A stretch of DNA of 64,000 nt, taken from the NCBI GenBank assembly GCA_937966555.1, contig CALCLY010000025.1, forward strand, positions 57,970 to 121,969, given 5' to 3'. Under the pieces are notes generated by a model. It did not search any database, was not told where the DNA came from, and saw only the letters and a list, made by a program, of their open reading frames with translations. Shown here piece by piece: positions 46,502 through 56,089 of this stretch; the first letter of the stretch is position 1, and every line of letters starts with the position of its first letter. This stretch comes from an uncultured Clostridia bacterium. GTDB taxonomy: Bacteria; Bacillota; Clostridia; UMGS1883; UMGS1540. The position numbers and the translations under genes were made by a program.

Positions 46502-49500
46502 ATGAGCAAAAAATTATTTTCTGTTTTGGTAATTATCTCTGTGCTGGCGGCACTTTTTACATCGTTTTGTGCGGCGGACGAACACGTTAATATTTTGCCG
46601 GCGAAAACAAAAAGCATAGCGGCAAATATATCAAAACGCAATCAGGGTTTGGAAATAGAAAATGTTATTGACGGAATTGACAGTACGCGGTTTGTATCAA
46701 AGGAATCGGAAACGGGAGAACTTACGGTAACCGTTAATCTAAAAAAAGAATTCAGTTTAACTGCCGTTGCGGTACGCGAGCGTTTCTTTACCGTAGGTTC
46801 TATGGCGAACGGCGTAAATGTTGAAGTAGGTACATCAGAAACAATGAAGGCGGTTGTTCAAAACGGTAAATTAAACAGCGGAACAACCGGAAGTGACGGA
46901 GAAATCGTCAGAACGGAATTTTCTTTTGCGGCGGCAAGCGGAAACATAATTAAATTTACTTTCACGCCCGGAGCATTAAAGGGAAACGGTGAATCTTTAT
47001 ACCAGCTTGCGGAGCTTGAGGCATTCGGAACGGAAATATCTTCGGGTGAAAGCGGAGAGGAAGAGACAAATTATATGACAGAGAGAATATACAATCCGTA
47101 CCTGCCGAGTTATGAATATATACCGGACGGGGAGCCGCATGTTTTCGGTGACCGCGTGTATATTTTCGGAAGTCACGACCATTACGAAGGAGCCGATTGG
47201 TGCGGCACGGATTATGTTGCATGGTCTGCACCGGCAAACGATTTATCGGCGTGGAGGTGTGACGGCGTAATCTGGGACTGTGACAGTGACCCGAGTTATT
47301 CTTCGGGTCAGGCGCTTTACGCACCCGATGTTACAAAGGGCGCAGACGGCAAGTATTATCTTTACTATCCTTTAAACGGCTCGGGAAGAATAGGCGTTGC
47401 GAAATGCGATACGCCGGCAGGAAAATATGAATATCTCGGAGCGGTGCAATACCCCGACGGCACGAATTACGGCAGAAAAGCCGGTGATCCTCCGGCATGC
47501 GACCCGGCGGCATATGTGGATGATGACGGGAGAGTATATTTTTACGCAGGTTATACAACGCACGACGAAACGGAATACAACGGACAAATAGCAAATGGCG
47601 TGGGAGCCGACGGAGCCTATTGCGTTGAGCTGGAATCAGATATGGTAACCGTTAATGAAAACACGCGCCGGAGAATTGTTCCCGGAAAGTATATTACGGG
47701 TGAGCAGGGCAATGAAGAATATGCCGGAAACGGATTTTTCGAAGCCGCGAGCATGAGAAAAATTAACGGGAAATACTATTTTATTTATTCCAAGGAAGAG
47801 GGACATCAGCTTGCCTATGCTGTCGGAAACAGCCCGAGCGGACCGTTTTCTTTCGGCGGCATTATAGTATGCAATACCGATGTAGGTTATGAGGGAAATG
47901 TTGAGAGAAAGGCAATTTACGGAAACAACCACGGAAGCATTGCCGAGATAAACGGCGAATATTACATATTCTATCATCGTCAGACCGGGAAAAAGTGCAG
48001 ACAAGGCTGCGCCGAAAAAATAAATATAAATTCCGACGGCTCGATAAATCAGGTTGAAATAACAAGCTTTGGCTTGGGCGGCGGCCGCCCCATGCTTGCA
48101 AAGGGCAAATTCCCCGCATATATTGCCTGCAATATTTCTCAGGGTGCAAGCTACGCGCAAACAGGGAAAGACGGAGACGTTTTTGCAAAGCAATATGTTT
48201 CGGCTTTAAAGACCGGAGAGTATGTGGGATATAAATATTTTTACTTTAAAGATACGAACAAAATTTCAGTAACCGCAAAAGCTCCTTCGGGCGGAAAAAT
48301 AAAGGTTTATACAGGGGCTATGATAGGAAGTCCTATAGCGGAAATTCCTTTGTCCGCAACAAGCGAATGGACAAAGTTTTCGCAGGATGTGAAGTTTGAT
48401 AACGGCACAGAGGCGCTTTTCTTTGTGTATGAGGGCAGCGGAACTCTTGATATTCTTGATTTTACTTTGGGAGAAGAGGGAGAAAGCCATGAAGTTTCAA
48501 TAAGCGGAAGCGAAGCTGCCGTCAGCGGAGCCGGAAGCTATCAGAGCGGCGAAACCGTTGCCGTATCTGCGGGAAGCCGCGAAGGATATGCATTTGACGG
48601 ATGGACGGTGAACGGAAACGCAAAGCTTGCGGATATCGGCAGTGCGGAAACGTCGTTTATAATGCCGGAAGAAAATGTTTCACTGACGGCTTTATGGAAA
48701 GCTGCTCCGCCGACTCCGAAAAACATTTTGCTTGCCTCGCAGAATCATGTAACAAAGGCAGAGGTAAACTTGCCTGCCGTAGTGCCGGTGCTCGGCGAAT
48801 ACAAAATGCGCAACGGAGAGATAGCCTCAAACGGAGATGACCGTTACGCGGCAAAAACGGGCGATGAGCCTTTGATTATCACATATACGCTTGATAAAAT
48901 ATATGATTTTTCAAAGATTTCCGTTTACGAGCGTTTCCAGGGCTATACGTTCGGTGAGGAGGTAAAAATAGAAGTCGGCAACGTTAAAAACGGTGCATAT
49001 GTCTTTGAGGAGGCTCTTTCGGGAGGAAGACTGAAGCAGGGCGCGGAACCCGGGAATGTTAATATAGCGCCATGCGTGCGTACAGATTTTAATATTTCGG
49101 CAAAGGGAAGCGCGCTGAGGCTTACTTTTACAAATAAATGGGAGGATAAAGACGGGAACCCGACAGGCGGAGTTCAGTCAAACGGCGGAAAAGAAGTCAG
49201 CACAGGCTACAGCTTTTTTGAGCTTGAAGCTTACGGAATCGAAATTGAAGGCGGAGATTTGCCCTACAACGTATGCCTCGGAAAGGCAGTATCGGTAAAT
49301 CTGCCTGCAGAGTATGCCGCTTTGCCTGCATCGGCAATTACGGACGGTTCCTATGAAGATAAATTGATGACGGAAACCGAGTATGACAGATATACAAGTC
49401 CTCCGTCTCCGAAAGAAGCGTTGGTTGTAACAATCGACTTGGACGGAGTGTATGACATCGGCTGGGCGGAGTTTAACAGCAGATTTGTTGTAAACGAAGG

Positions 49501-50056
49501 AGTGATCGCAGACCGCGTCAAGGTCGAGGTTGGCAGATCGGGCGCTTTCGGAACAACGTGGACCGTGGCAAACGATAACGTTATATTAAATAAGGGCGGC
49601 GACGGCGAGCATGTCTCCACACTTATTCCCTTTGAAAAAACGCTTACAGGCAACGAGATACGCTTTACATTGTTCAGAAACAGTTACAGCAGTCCGTGCA
49701 ATTATAACATTGCGGAGATTATGGCATACGGAAACAAAGCTGAAACCAAAACGGAGGACAGTATAGGCAGCGTGAGATTTATGAAATCAAAGTCGGGAGC
49801 CGTGACGGCAGCCGTAAAAGTCGTAAAGCAGGAAGAAAATTCCGTTTTGCCCGAAAAAACAATACTAATATTGTGTACATATAAAAATAACAGATTAGTC
49901 AGTGTGGATAAAAAGGAATATACACCGGCGGTTGGCGGAAATGAACTTACGGCAACGGTGGACAGTGTGGACGACGGCTGTGATATAAAGGCTTTTCTTT
50001 GGGAAAGCGCCACTTTAAAGCCGCTTATCGGCTGTGAAGCATATATTGCACAATAA
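46502..50056 (+). CDS. Secreted multidomain glycoside hydrolase: N-terminal discoidin-like domain, GH43-like five-bladed propeller, additional beta-sandwich/discoidin-like modules
   Basis: Signal peptide MSKKLFSVLVIISVLAALFTSFCAA. GH43-type motifs: NPYLPSYEYIPDGEPHVF (Asp base), LYAPDV (Asp) and GFFEAASM (Glu). 1184 aa. Confidence 0.55.
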   Translation: MSKKLFSVLVIISVLAALFTSFCAADEHVNILPAKTKSIAANISKRNQGLEIENVIDGIDSTRFVSKESETGELTVTVNLKKEFSLTAVAVRERFFTVGSMANGVNVEVGTSETMKAVVQNGKLNSGTTGSDGEIVRTEFSFAAASGNIIKFTFTPGALKGNGESLYQLAELEAFGTEISSGESGEEETNYMTERIYNPYLPSYEYIPDGEPHVFGDRVYIFGSHDHYEGADWCGTDYVAWSAPANDLSAWRCDGVIWDCDSDPSYSSGQALYAPDVTKGADGKYYLYYPLNGSGRIGVAKCDTPAGKYEYLGAVQYPDGTNYGRKAGDPPACDPAAYVDDDGRVYFYAGYTTHDETEYNGQIANGVGADGAYCVELESDMVTVNENTRRRIVPGKYITGEQGNEEYAGNGFFEAASMRKINGKYYFIYSKEEGHQLAYAVGNSPSGPFSFGGIIVCNTDVGYEGNVERKAIYGNNHGSIAEINGEYYIFYHRQTGKKCRQGCAEKININSDGSINQVEITSFGLGGGRPMLAKGKFPAYIACNISQGASYAQTGKDGDVFAKQYVSALKTGEYVGYKYFYFKDTNKISVTAKAPSGGKIKVYTGAMIGSPIAEIPLSATSEWTKFSQDVKFDNGTEALFFVYEGSGTLDILDFTLGEEGESHEVSISGSEAAVSGAGSYQSGETVAVSAGSREGYAFDGWTVNGNAKLADIGSAETSFIMPEENVSLTALWKAAPPTPKNILLASQNHVTKAEVNLPAVVPVLGEYKMRNGEIASNGDDRYAAKTGDEPLIITYTLDKIYDFSKISVYERFQGYTFGEEVKIEVGNVKNGAYVFEEALSGGRLKQGAEPGNVNIAPCVRTDFNISAKGSALRLTFTNKWEDKDGNPTGGVQSNGGKEVSTGYSFFELEAYGIEIEGGDLPYNVCLGKAVSVNLPAEYAALPASAITDGSYEDKLMTETEYDRYTSPPSPKEALVVTIDLDGVYDIGWAEFNSRFVVNEGVIADRVKVEVGRSGAFGTTWTVANDNVILNKGGDGEHVSTLIPFEKTLTGNEIRFTLFRNSYSSPCNYNIAEIMAYGNKAETKTEDSIGSVRFMKSKSGAVTAAVKVVKQEENSVLPEKTILILCTYKNNRLVSVDKKEYTPAVGGNELTATVDSVDDGCDIKAFLWESATLKPLIGCEAYIAQ

Positions 50057-50253
50057 ACATTTACGGATTAGAGGAACCAAAAACGCACAGACTCCATAAA
50101 ACACTATTATTCTGCCCCCTCTTTTGGAAATTGCCGGCAGAATAATTGCTTTGCCGCACGTCAGAAAAAATCATCACACGCCGGCTGTCTCATATATACA
50201 CTTAACCTTTTTTGTCATTATATTCCGTTTTCTTGACATGTTGTATAAAATCA

Positions 50254-50283
50254 TTGACTTTGTGTTGAGTTTTATTGTATAAT
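50254..50283 (+). promoter_or_regulatory. Sigma-A type promoter for lyase 2 (TTGACT - 18 - TATAAT)
   Basis: Hexamers read directly, ~25 nt upstream of the RBS GGAGG. Confidence 0.5.
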
Positions 50284-50307
50284 TCAGAAAAAAGGTTGGA
50301 GGTAATT

Positions 50308-53300
50308 ATGAAAAAATTAACAGCAATACTTGTATCTCTTGTTATAAGTGCATCATTGTTACCCGCAAGGGCGGAAACAACCCCCGGGCACAAGCTCGAG
50401 ATGTTCATGGGAAACGCAGCCGCTTTTTACATCGGACAGCCGAAGATGTACACGGGCGGTGAAGTAAAATACGTTGACAGCGAAAACATAGCCGTATTGC
50501 CTTACATAAAGGACGGAAGAACGCTTGTTCCGCTTCGTGCGGCTGGCGAGTCAATCGGCGCAGAGATTTCGTACAACGAAATTGAAAGATCGGTAACCGC
50601 TGTTTACAACGGGGAAACGGCTGTTTTCCCGATAGGTCAAAATGAGTTTACGCTCGGCGGAAAAGAAATTCCCCTCGACGTTGCTCCCGAAATACGCGAA
50701 TCGAGAACCTTTGTTCCGATAAGAGCAATAAGCGAGGGCTTCGGGAAAAAGGTTTCCTACGATAAATGCGGTCTTGTGGTCATAGCCGACAGAGAAAATT
50801 TCTTTGATCTCGAAAAGGACCTCGATTTGTTCAGGGAGCTTACGGGCAAGCTTTGCTTTCATGCGCCCTCGGGCATCGAAGCGGTAAACAAAATAAAAGA
50901 AAACTTCCCCGATAACAAGCATCCGCGCCTTTATGCCGACGATGATAAAATCGAAGTTTTGCGCCGGAGGGTAAAAACCGACGCAAGCGTTTCAAAATGG
51001 TTTAAGGGTATAAGAGATTATGCGGATACTTATATAGGTACGGACCCCGTGGTTTATGATATTTACGACGGCATCAGGCTTTTAAATATTTCCCGTAAGG
51101 CAAGAAGCATAATGCAGGAGCTTGCATTTTGCTATCAGATGACGGGCGAAACAAAGTATGCCGACAGATGCATTAAGGAAATGAACGCCGTTTGCGAGTT
51201 TCCCGACTGGAATCCGTCTCACTTTCTCGATACGGCGGAAATGACGGAAGGACTTGCCTTTGCGTACGATTGGCTGTATAACTATATTACTCCCGATTTC
51301 CGCGAAAAGGTTAAAACGGCAATAATTGAAATGGGCTTAAAACAGGGAGTTCAGGATTACAGAAATAAGCCCGAGGACAGAAAAAGAACATACAGATGGG
51401 CGCAAAGCAGTGTTGCGGACAACTGGAACATTGTCTGCAATTCGGGACTTATTCAGGGTGCAATGGCAGTTTGCGAGGACGCGCCGGAGCTTGCGGCGGA
51501 GATTTTTGAAAGCGGAATGAAGCTTTTGGAGAAAGCTGTTTTGATGTACGGTCCCGACGGCGCATGGTATGAAGGCCCCGGCTATTGGCAGTATGCGACA
51601 GAGTATTTTATCGACCTTTGCAGCTGTCTGGATTCGGTTTTTTCCGATACGTTCGGATACTTGAGTGCGCCGGGTGTTTCGCAAACGGGCTACTACATAA
51701 CGGCAATAACAGGTCCTTGCGGAAACTTTAATTTCCATGATTCCGAAATACCTGCCGTAAACGCACCCGAGCTTTTCTTCCTTGCGGATAAGCTTTCCGA
51801 CAGCGCGCTTTCGGCGCTTCGCACGGAGCAGATGAAAAACAGAAACACAAAAGGCTCGATAAGAGACATTTTATATTATAATCCCGAGCTTTCCGGCGAC
51901 TCGGCTTTGATGAAAAAGGACTATTATTTCCGTGACACGGAGGTTGCTGCATTAAGAAGCGACTGGAACGATTACAATGCGGTATTCCTGGGCGTTCACG
52001 CAGGCAAAACAGACGTTTATCACGGACACATGGACGCGGGCAGTTTTGTTCTTGACGGCTTCGGCACGCGCTATGCCTGCGATTTGGGCGCGGATGACTA
52101 CAATATAGATGACAGCGTCTGGAATCTTTACAGATACAGAGCCGAGGGTCATAACACTCTCGTTATAAATCCTTCGAAGGACGGAGGACAGAAAATAGAA
52201 GGCTCAGCGAAGATTGACAGATTTGAGTATGACGACAACGACAGCTTGGCGGTTATGGATTTGACGGATATGTACGACGCTAAAAGCGTAAAGCGCGGCT
52301 TTAAGCTTATCGATAACCGCAGCGCCGTAATAATTCAGGACGAGATAAAGACGGATACGCCCTCGGATATCTGGTGGTTTATGCACTCGGAACAAGGCAT
52401 TGAAGTGTCGGAGGATAAAAAGAGCGCAACAATAAAGGGAGAATACAGAAATCTTAAAATTTCGCTCCTTCAAGACACGCCCGGAGAATTTTCGGTTATG
52501 GAGGCGGCCCCGATGGAGACATCGCCGCAAAATGATTCTCAGAACAAAAATTTAAAGTACAGAAAGCTTGCGTTTTGCGCGAAAAACGTAACGGATTTAA
52601 CTATTCCCATGCTCTTACGGTTTGAGCTGCCAATCGAAGGCGCGGAAGAGGGGATAAAGCCCGGTGTTACAAAGCTTGACAGCTGGACTCTTGATAACGC
52701 CGAGACGCCGAAAAAGCCGAAGCTTACAAGCATTCTGGCAGACGGCAGGGAAATCGAAGGTTTTGAGAGCGACAGATTTGTTTACGCATACAGAGGCCCT
52801 TCGGAAAATGAAAAAGCGCCCGAAATCACGGCACGCGGACAGGGTGAGATAAGCGTCGTGACAACCGGCAGCGTGCCGGGATACGCCGTGGTTTCGGTGA
52901 CCGAAAACGGAGAAACACAGCATTATGTTATAAAAATAGAACGCGAAATTTTAAAGAAGGCGCCGTCAGACGTTTTGAATTTTGAAATCAAGGGCGTTGA
53001 GGCAAGCGATGTTCCGCAGCCCGAAAACAACGCGGAAAATACCATTGACGAAAACCTTGCAACGCGTTGGTCTGCATACGGAAACGCGCATATAGTCTAT
53101 GATCTGGGCGAGGTTAAGACAATCAAATACGTAGGTCTTGCCGTTTATCAGGACAAATCAAATGACGGAAGAAGACAGTATTTTGATATATCGGTTTCGG
53201 AGGACGGAGAAAATTACAGGCATATCTTCACGGGCGAAACCACGGGAACAACGCTTGAAGAAGAAATTTTCCCGATAGGAGAGGCGAAGGGAAGATATGT

Positions 53301-53373
53301 AAAAATATATTGTAAGGGTTCAAGCATGGGAAACTGGAATTCCATCACCGAATGCAATATCTACGGGAAATAA
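50308..53373 (+). CDS. Secreted polysaccharide lyase 2: signal peptide, Cu-amine-oxidase-N-like domain, heparinase II/III-family domain, C-terminal discoidin domain
   Basis: Paralog of lyase 1 at ~75-80% nt identity in the catalytic region, sharing motifs such as YHGHMDAGSFVLDGFGTRYACDLG and NWNIVCNSGLIQGAMAV. Signal peptide MKKLTAILVSLVISASLLPARA. Start at the ATG at 50308. Confidence 0.75.
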   Translation: MKKLTAILVSLVISASLLPARAETTPGHKLEMFMGNAAAFYIGQPKMYTGGEVKYVDSENIAVLPYIKDGRTLVPLRAAGESIGAEISYNEIERSVTAVYNGETAVFPIGQNEFTLGGKEIPLDVAPEIRESRTFVPIRAISEGFGKKVSYDKCGLVVIADRENFFDLEKDLDLFRELTGKLCFHAPSGIEAVNKIKENFPDNKHPRLYADDDKIEVLRRRVKTDASVSKWFKGIRDYADTYIGTDPVVYDIYDGIRLLNISRKARSIMQELAFCYQMTGETKYADRCIKEMNAVCEFPDWNPSHFLDTAEMTEGLAFAYDWLYNYITPDFREKVKTAIIEMGLKQGVQDYRNKPEDRKRTYRWAQSSVADNWNIVCNSGLIQGAMAVCEDAPELAAEIFESGMKLLEKAVLMYGPDGAWYEGPGYWQYATEYFIDLCSCLDSVFSDTFGYLSAPGVSQTGYYITAITGPCGNFNFHDSEIPAVNAPELFFLADKLSDSALSALRTEQMKNRNTKGSIRDILYYNPELSGDSALMKKDYYFRDTEVAALRSDWNDYNAVFLGVHAGKTDVYHGHMDAGSFVLDGFGTRYACDLGADDYNIDDSVWNLYRYRAEGHNTLVINPSKDGGQKIEGSAKIDRFEYDDNDSLAVMDLTDMYDAKSVKRGFKLIDNRSAVIIQDEIKTDTPSDIWWFMHSEQGIEVSEDKKSATIKGEYRNLKISLLQDTPGEFSVMEAAPMETSPQNDSQNKNLKYRKLAFCAKNVTDLTIPMLLRFELPIEGAEEGIKPGVTKLDSWTLDNAETPKKPKLTSILADGREIEGFESDRFVYAYRGPSENEKAPEITARGQGEISVVTTGSVPGYAVVSVTENGETQHYVIKIEREILKKAPSDVLNFEIKGVEASDVPQPENNAENTIDENLATRWSAYGNAHIVYDLGEVKTIKYVGLAVYQDKSNDGRRQYFDISVSEDGENYRHIFTGETTGTTLEEEIFPIGEAKGRYVKIYCKGSSMGNWNSITECNIYGK

Positions 53374-53583
53374 AAAATATTTTTTATCCTGTTCCGCTGA
53401 CATAACAGGATGTTAAAAACTCCGGAAGACAGCGGAAAAATACATTTCTTGAGGCTTAACGTGATTTTTCGCGTTAAGCCTCAAGCTGTGTAAACAATTC
53501 ATTTTATACGCCTTATCGGTTCGTGATAAGAGATTTTTAATTATTTTTTGTGCCGGCGATTTTACGGCAAAATGGAGATTAAT

Positions 53584-55395
53584 ATGAAAAACACAAACAA
53601 AAAGGACAACCTGAAATATTTCAATGCGCCAAAGGGTTCCGAAATGGTAAAAATGATTTTGGAAAAACACCACGATAACGCTCATCCGCGCCTATATGCG
53701 GATAAAAACAAAATAAAAATTCTGCGTGAGCGGATCAAAAACGACACAAATGTCTCAAAATGGTTTGAGGATGTCAAGGAGCTTGCGGAAACATATTTTG
53801 ACATCGAGCCCGTAACATACGAAATCCCCGACGGCATAAGACTTCTTCGGAATTGCCGCAGAGCGAGAGACAGAATGCAGGAGCTTGCGTTTTGCTATCA
53901 AATGACGGGGGAGACAAGGTATGCCGAAAGATGCATAAAAGAAATGAAAGCCGTTTGCGCGTTTCCCGACTGGAATCCGTATCATTTTCTCGACACTGCC
54001 GAAATGACGGAGGGGCTTGCCTTTGCCTACGACTGGCTTTACAATTACATGTCGGAGGATTTTCGCGAAACTGTTAAATCTTCCATAATAAACAAGGGTC
54101 TGATGCAGATAGTCGAAGATTACAGAGATGAGCCGAAGGACAGGCGCAGAACATGGAAATGGGCGCAGAGCGAAGTGGCGGACAACTGGAATATTGTCTG
54201 CAATTCGGGCCTTACAGAGGGTGCGATGGCGGTTTGTGAGGACGCACCGGAGCTTGCCGCCGAGGTTTTTGACGGCGGCATGGAGCTTATTAAAAAAGCC
54301 GTTTTGTTATACGGCCCCGACGGCGCATGGTACGAAGGCCCCGCCTACTGGCAGTATGCGACAGAGTATTTTATCGGCTTTTGCTGCTGCCTTGATTCGG
54401 TTTTTTCCGACACCTTCGGTTATTTGAATGCGCCGGGAGTTTCGCAAACGGGCTACTACATCACCGCAATAACAGGTCCTTGCGGAAGCTTTAATTTCCA
54501 CGATTCGTCGATGGCGGTTATGAATGCGCCCGAGCTTTTCTTTCTTGCCGACAAGCTTTCCGACAGCGCGCTGTCCGCGCTCAGGACGGAGCAGATGACG
54601 GAAGGAAACGTTAAGGGTAAAATAAGAGATATTTTGTATTATAACCCCGAGCTTTCGGGAAAGTCGGCAAAGCTTAAAAAGGACTTTTATTTCCGCGACA
54701 CGGAGGTTGCCTCCTTCAGAAGCGGATGGGACAATGACGCGATATTTTTGGGTATTCACGCAGGCAAAACGGACGTTTATCACGGTCATATGGACGCGGG
54801 AAGCTTTGTTCTTGACGGCTTCGGCACGCGCTATGCCTGTGATTTGGGTGCGGATGATTACAATATAGAGGACAGAGTGTGGAATCTTTACAGATACAGA
54901 GCCGAGGGTCATAACACTCTCGTTATAAACCCTTCGAAGGACGGCGGACAAAGCCTTGAGGGAAATACGAAAATAGATGTTTTCAAGTCGGAGGAAAGCG
55001 CATTTGCGCAAATCAATTTAACCGATATGTACAATGCCGAAAGCGTAAAGCGCAGCTTTGAGCTTACAAACAACAGAAGTGAAATAATAATACGCGACAA
55101 AATAAAAACAAATGAAAAATCCGATGTTTGGTGGTTTATGCACACAACGTGCGAAATCAGTGTGTCGGAGGACAGGCGAAAAGCAATTTTAGCGGGGAAA
55201 AACAAGGATCTTGAGGTTTCGCTTATTTCGGACATTCCGGGAGAATTTTCGGTTATGAAGGCAATGCCCATGGAGACATCGCCGAAAAACTCCGAGCAGG
55301 ATAAAAACGAGGAATTCGTAAAGCTTGCTTTCCGTACGGAGAATGTAAAAGACGCGGAAATCTCAATATTAATGCGTTTTACGGAGAAACGGTGA
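53584..55395 (+). CDS. Polysaccharide lyase 3: heparinase II/III-family catalytic region only, with no signal peptide (predicted cytoplasmic)
   Basis: Tandem paralog of lyase 2, ~90% nt identity over long stretches. Start placed at the ATG at 53584 after GGAG; alternative starts are 53572 and 53548 (TTG). Lacks the Cu-amine-oxidase-N and discoidin modules. Confidence 0.7.
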   Translation: MKNTNKKDNLKYFNAPKGSEMVKMILEKHHDNAHPRLYADKNKIKILRERIKNDTNVSKWFEDVKELAETYFDIEPVTYEIPDGIRLLRNCRRARDRMQELAFCYQMTGETRYAERCIKEMKAVCAFPDWNPYHFLDTAEMTEGLAFAYDWLYNYMSEDFRETVKSSIINKGLMQIVEDYRDEPKDRRRTWKWAQSEVADNWNIVCNSGLTEGAMAVCEDAPELAAEVFDGGMELIKKAVLLYGPDGAWYEGPAYWQYATEYFIGFCCCLDSVFSDTFGYLNAPGVSQTGYYITAITGPCGSFNFHDSSMAVMNAPELFFLADKLSDSALSALRTEQMTEGNVKGKIRDILYYNPELSGKSAKLKKDFYFRDTEVASFRSGWDNDAIFLGIHAGKTDVYHGHMDAGSFVLDGFGTRYACDLGADDYNIEDRVWNLYRYRAEGHNTLVINPSKDGGQSLEGNTKIDVFKSEESAFAQINLTDMYNAESVKRSFELTNNRSEIIIRDKIKTNEKSDVWWFMHTTCEISVSEDRRKAILAGKNKDLEVSLISDIPGEFSVMKAMPMETSPKNSEQDKNEEFVKLAFRTENVKDAEISILMRFTEKR

Positions 55396-55496
55396 TGAGG
55401 TCTCCCGCGGCGCGCAAAAAATATGTGCATTATATATATATGTTCGGCAAATTTTTTAAACAATGTGACAAATATGTTTACCGAGCGCTTTTTTTA

Positions 55497-55525
55497 TTGA
55501 CAAAACTTGCGATAAATTGTATAAT
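55497..55525 (+). promoter_or_regulatory. Near-consensus sigma-A promoter for the hydrogenase operon (TTGACA - 17 bp - TATAAT)
   Basis: Perfect -35 and -10 hexamers with a 17 bp spacer, ~70 nt upstream of hydC. Confidence 0.7.
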
Positions 55526-55597
55526 ACTTTTTGTGTGCTTTGTGCTATATTGTGTTAAAAAAATAACAAAGCGTAATACTCGGAAGGAGGGCTATCA

Positions 55598-56089
55598 ATG
55601 CCTCATTTGAATGATGCTTCCGCAGCAAAAATATCTGAAATTTGCGACAGATACACAGCGGAAAAAACGCCTCTAATGATGATCCTCAGCGATATCCAGA
55701 ACGAATACGGTTATATTCCTCTGGAGGCGCAGGAGCTTGTTTCGGAAAAAACGGGTATTTCCGTTGCCGAAATATACGGGGTGGTTACTTTTTACTCATT
55801 TTTCTCTTTACAGCCAAAAGGGAAATATATTATAGGCTGCTGTCTCGGTACGGCATGCTATGTTAAGGGCGCGCAGCATATTATCGATAAGTTTTCCGAG
55901 GTTTTGGGCGTTAAACCCGGTGAAACGACAGAAGACGGTATGTTTACCATCGATGCGTTAAGATGTATCGGCGCCTGCGGTATTGCTCCGGCAGTATCCA
56001 TTAACGGAAAGGTATATCCCAAGGTTTCGGTTGACCAGGTTCCCGAAATTATCGAAGAATATCGTAATATGGAGGGTGCGGGTCAATGA
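55598..56089 (+). CDS. hydC: [FeFe]-hydrogenase subunit HydC (NuoE-like thioredoxin-fold [2Fe-2S] protein)
   Basis: Motifs CLGTACYVKGA and CIGACGIAPAVSING. 163 aa. RBS GGAAGGAGG. Confidence 0.8.
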   Translation: MPHLNDASAAKISEICDRYTAEKTPLMMILSDIQNEYGYIPLEAQELVSEKTGISVAEIYGVVTFYSFFSLQPKGKYIIGCCLGTACYVKGAQHIIDKFSEVLGVKPGETTEDGMFTIDALRCIGACGIAPAVSINGKVYPKVSVDQVPEIIEEYRNMEGAGQ

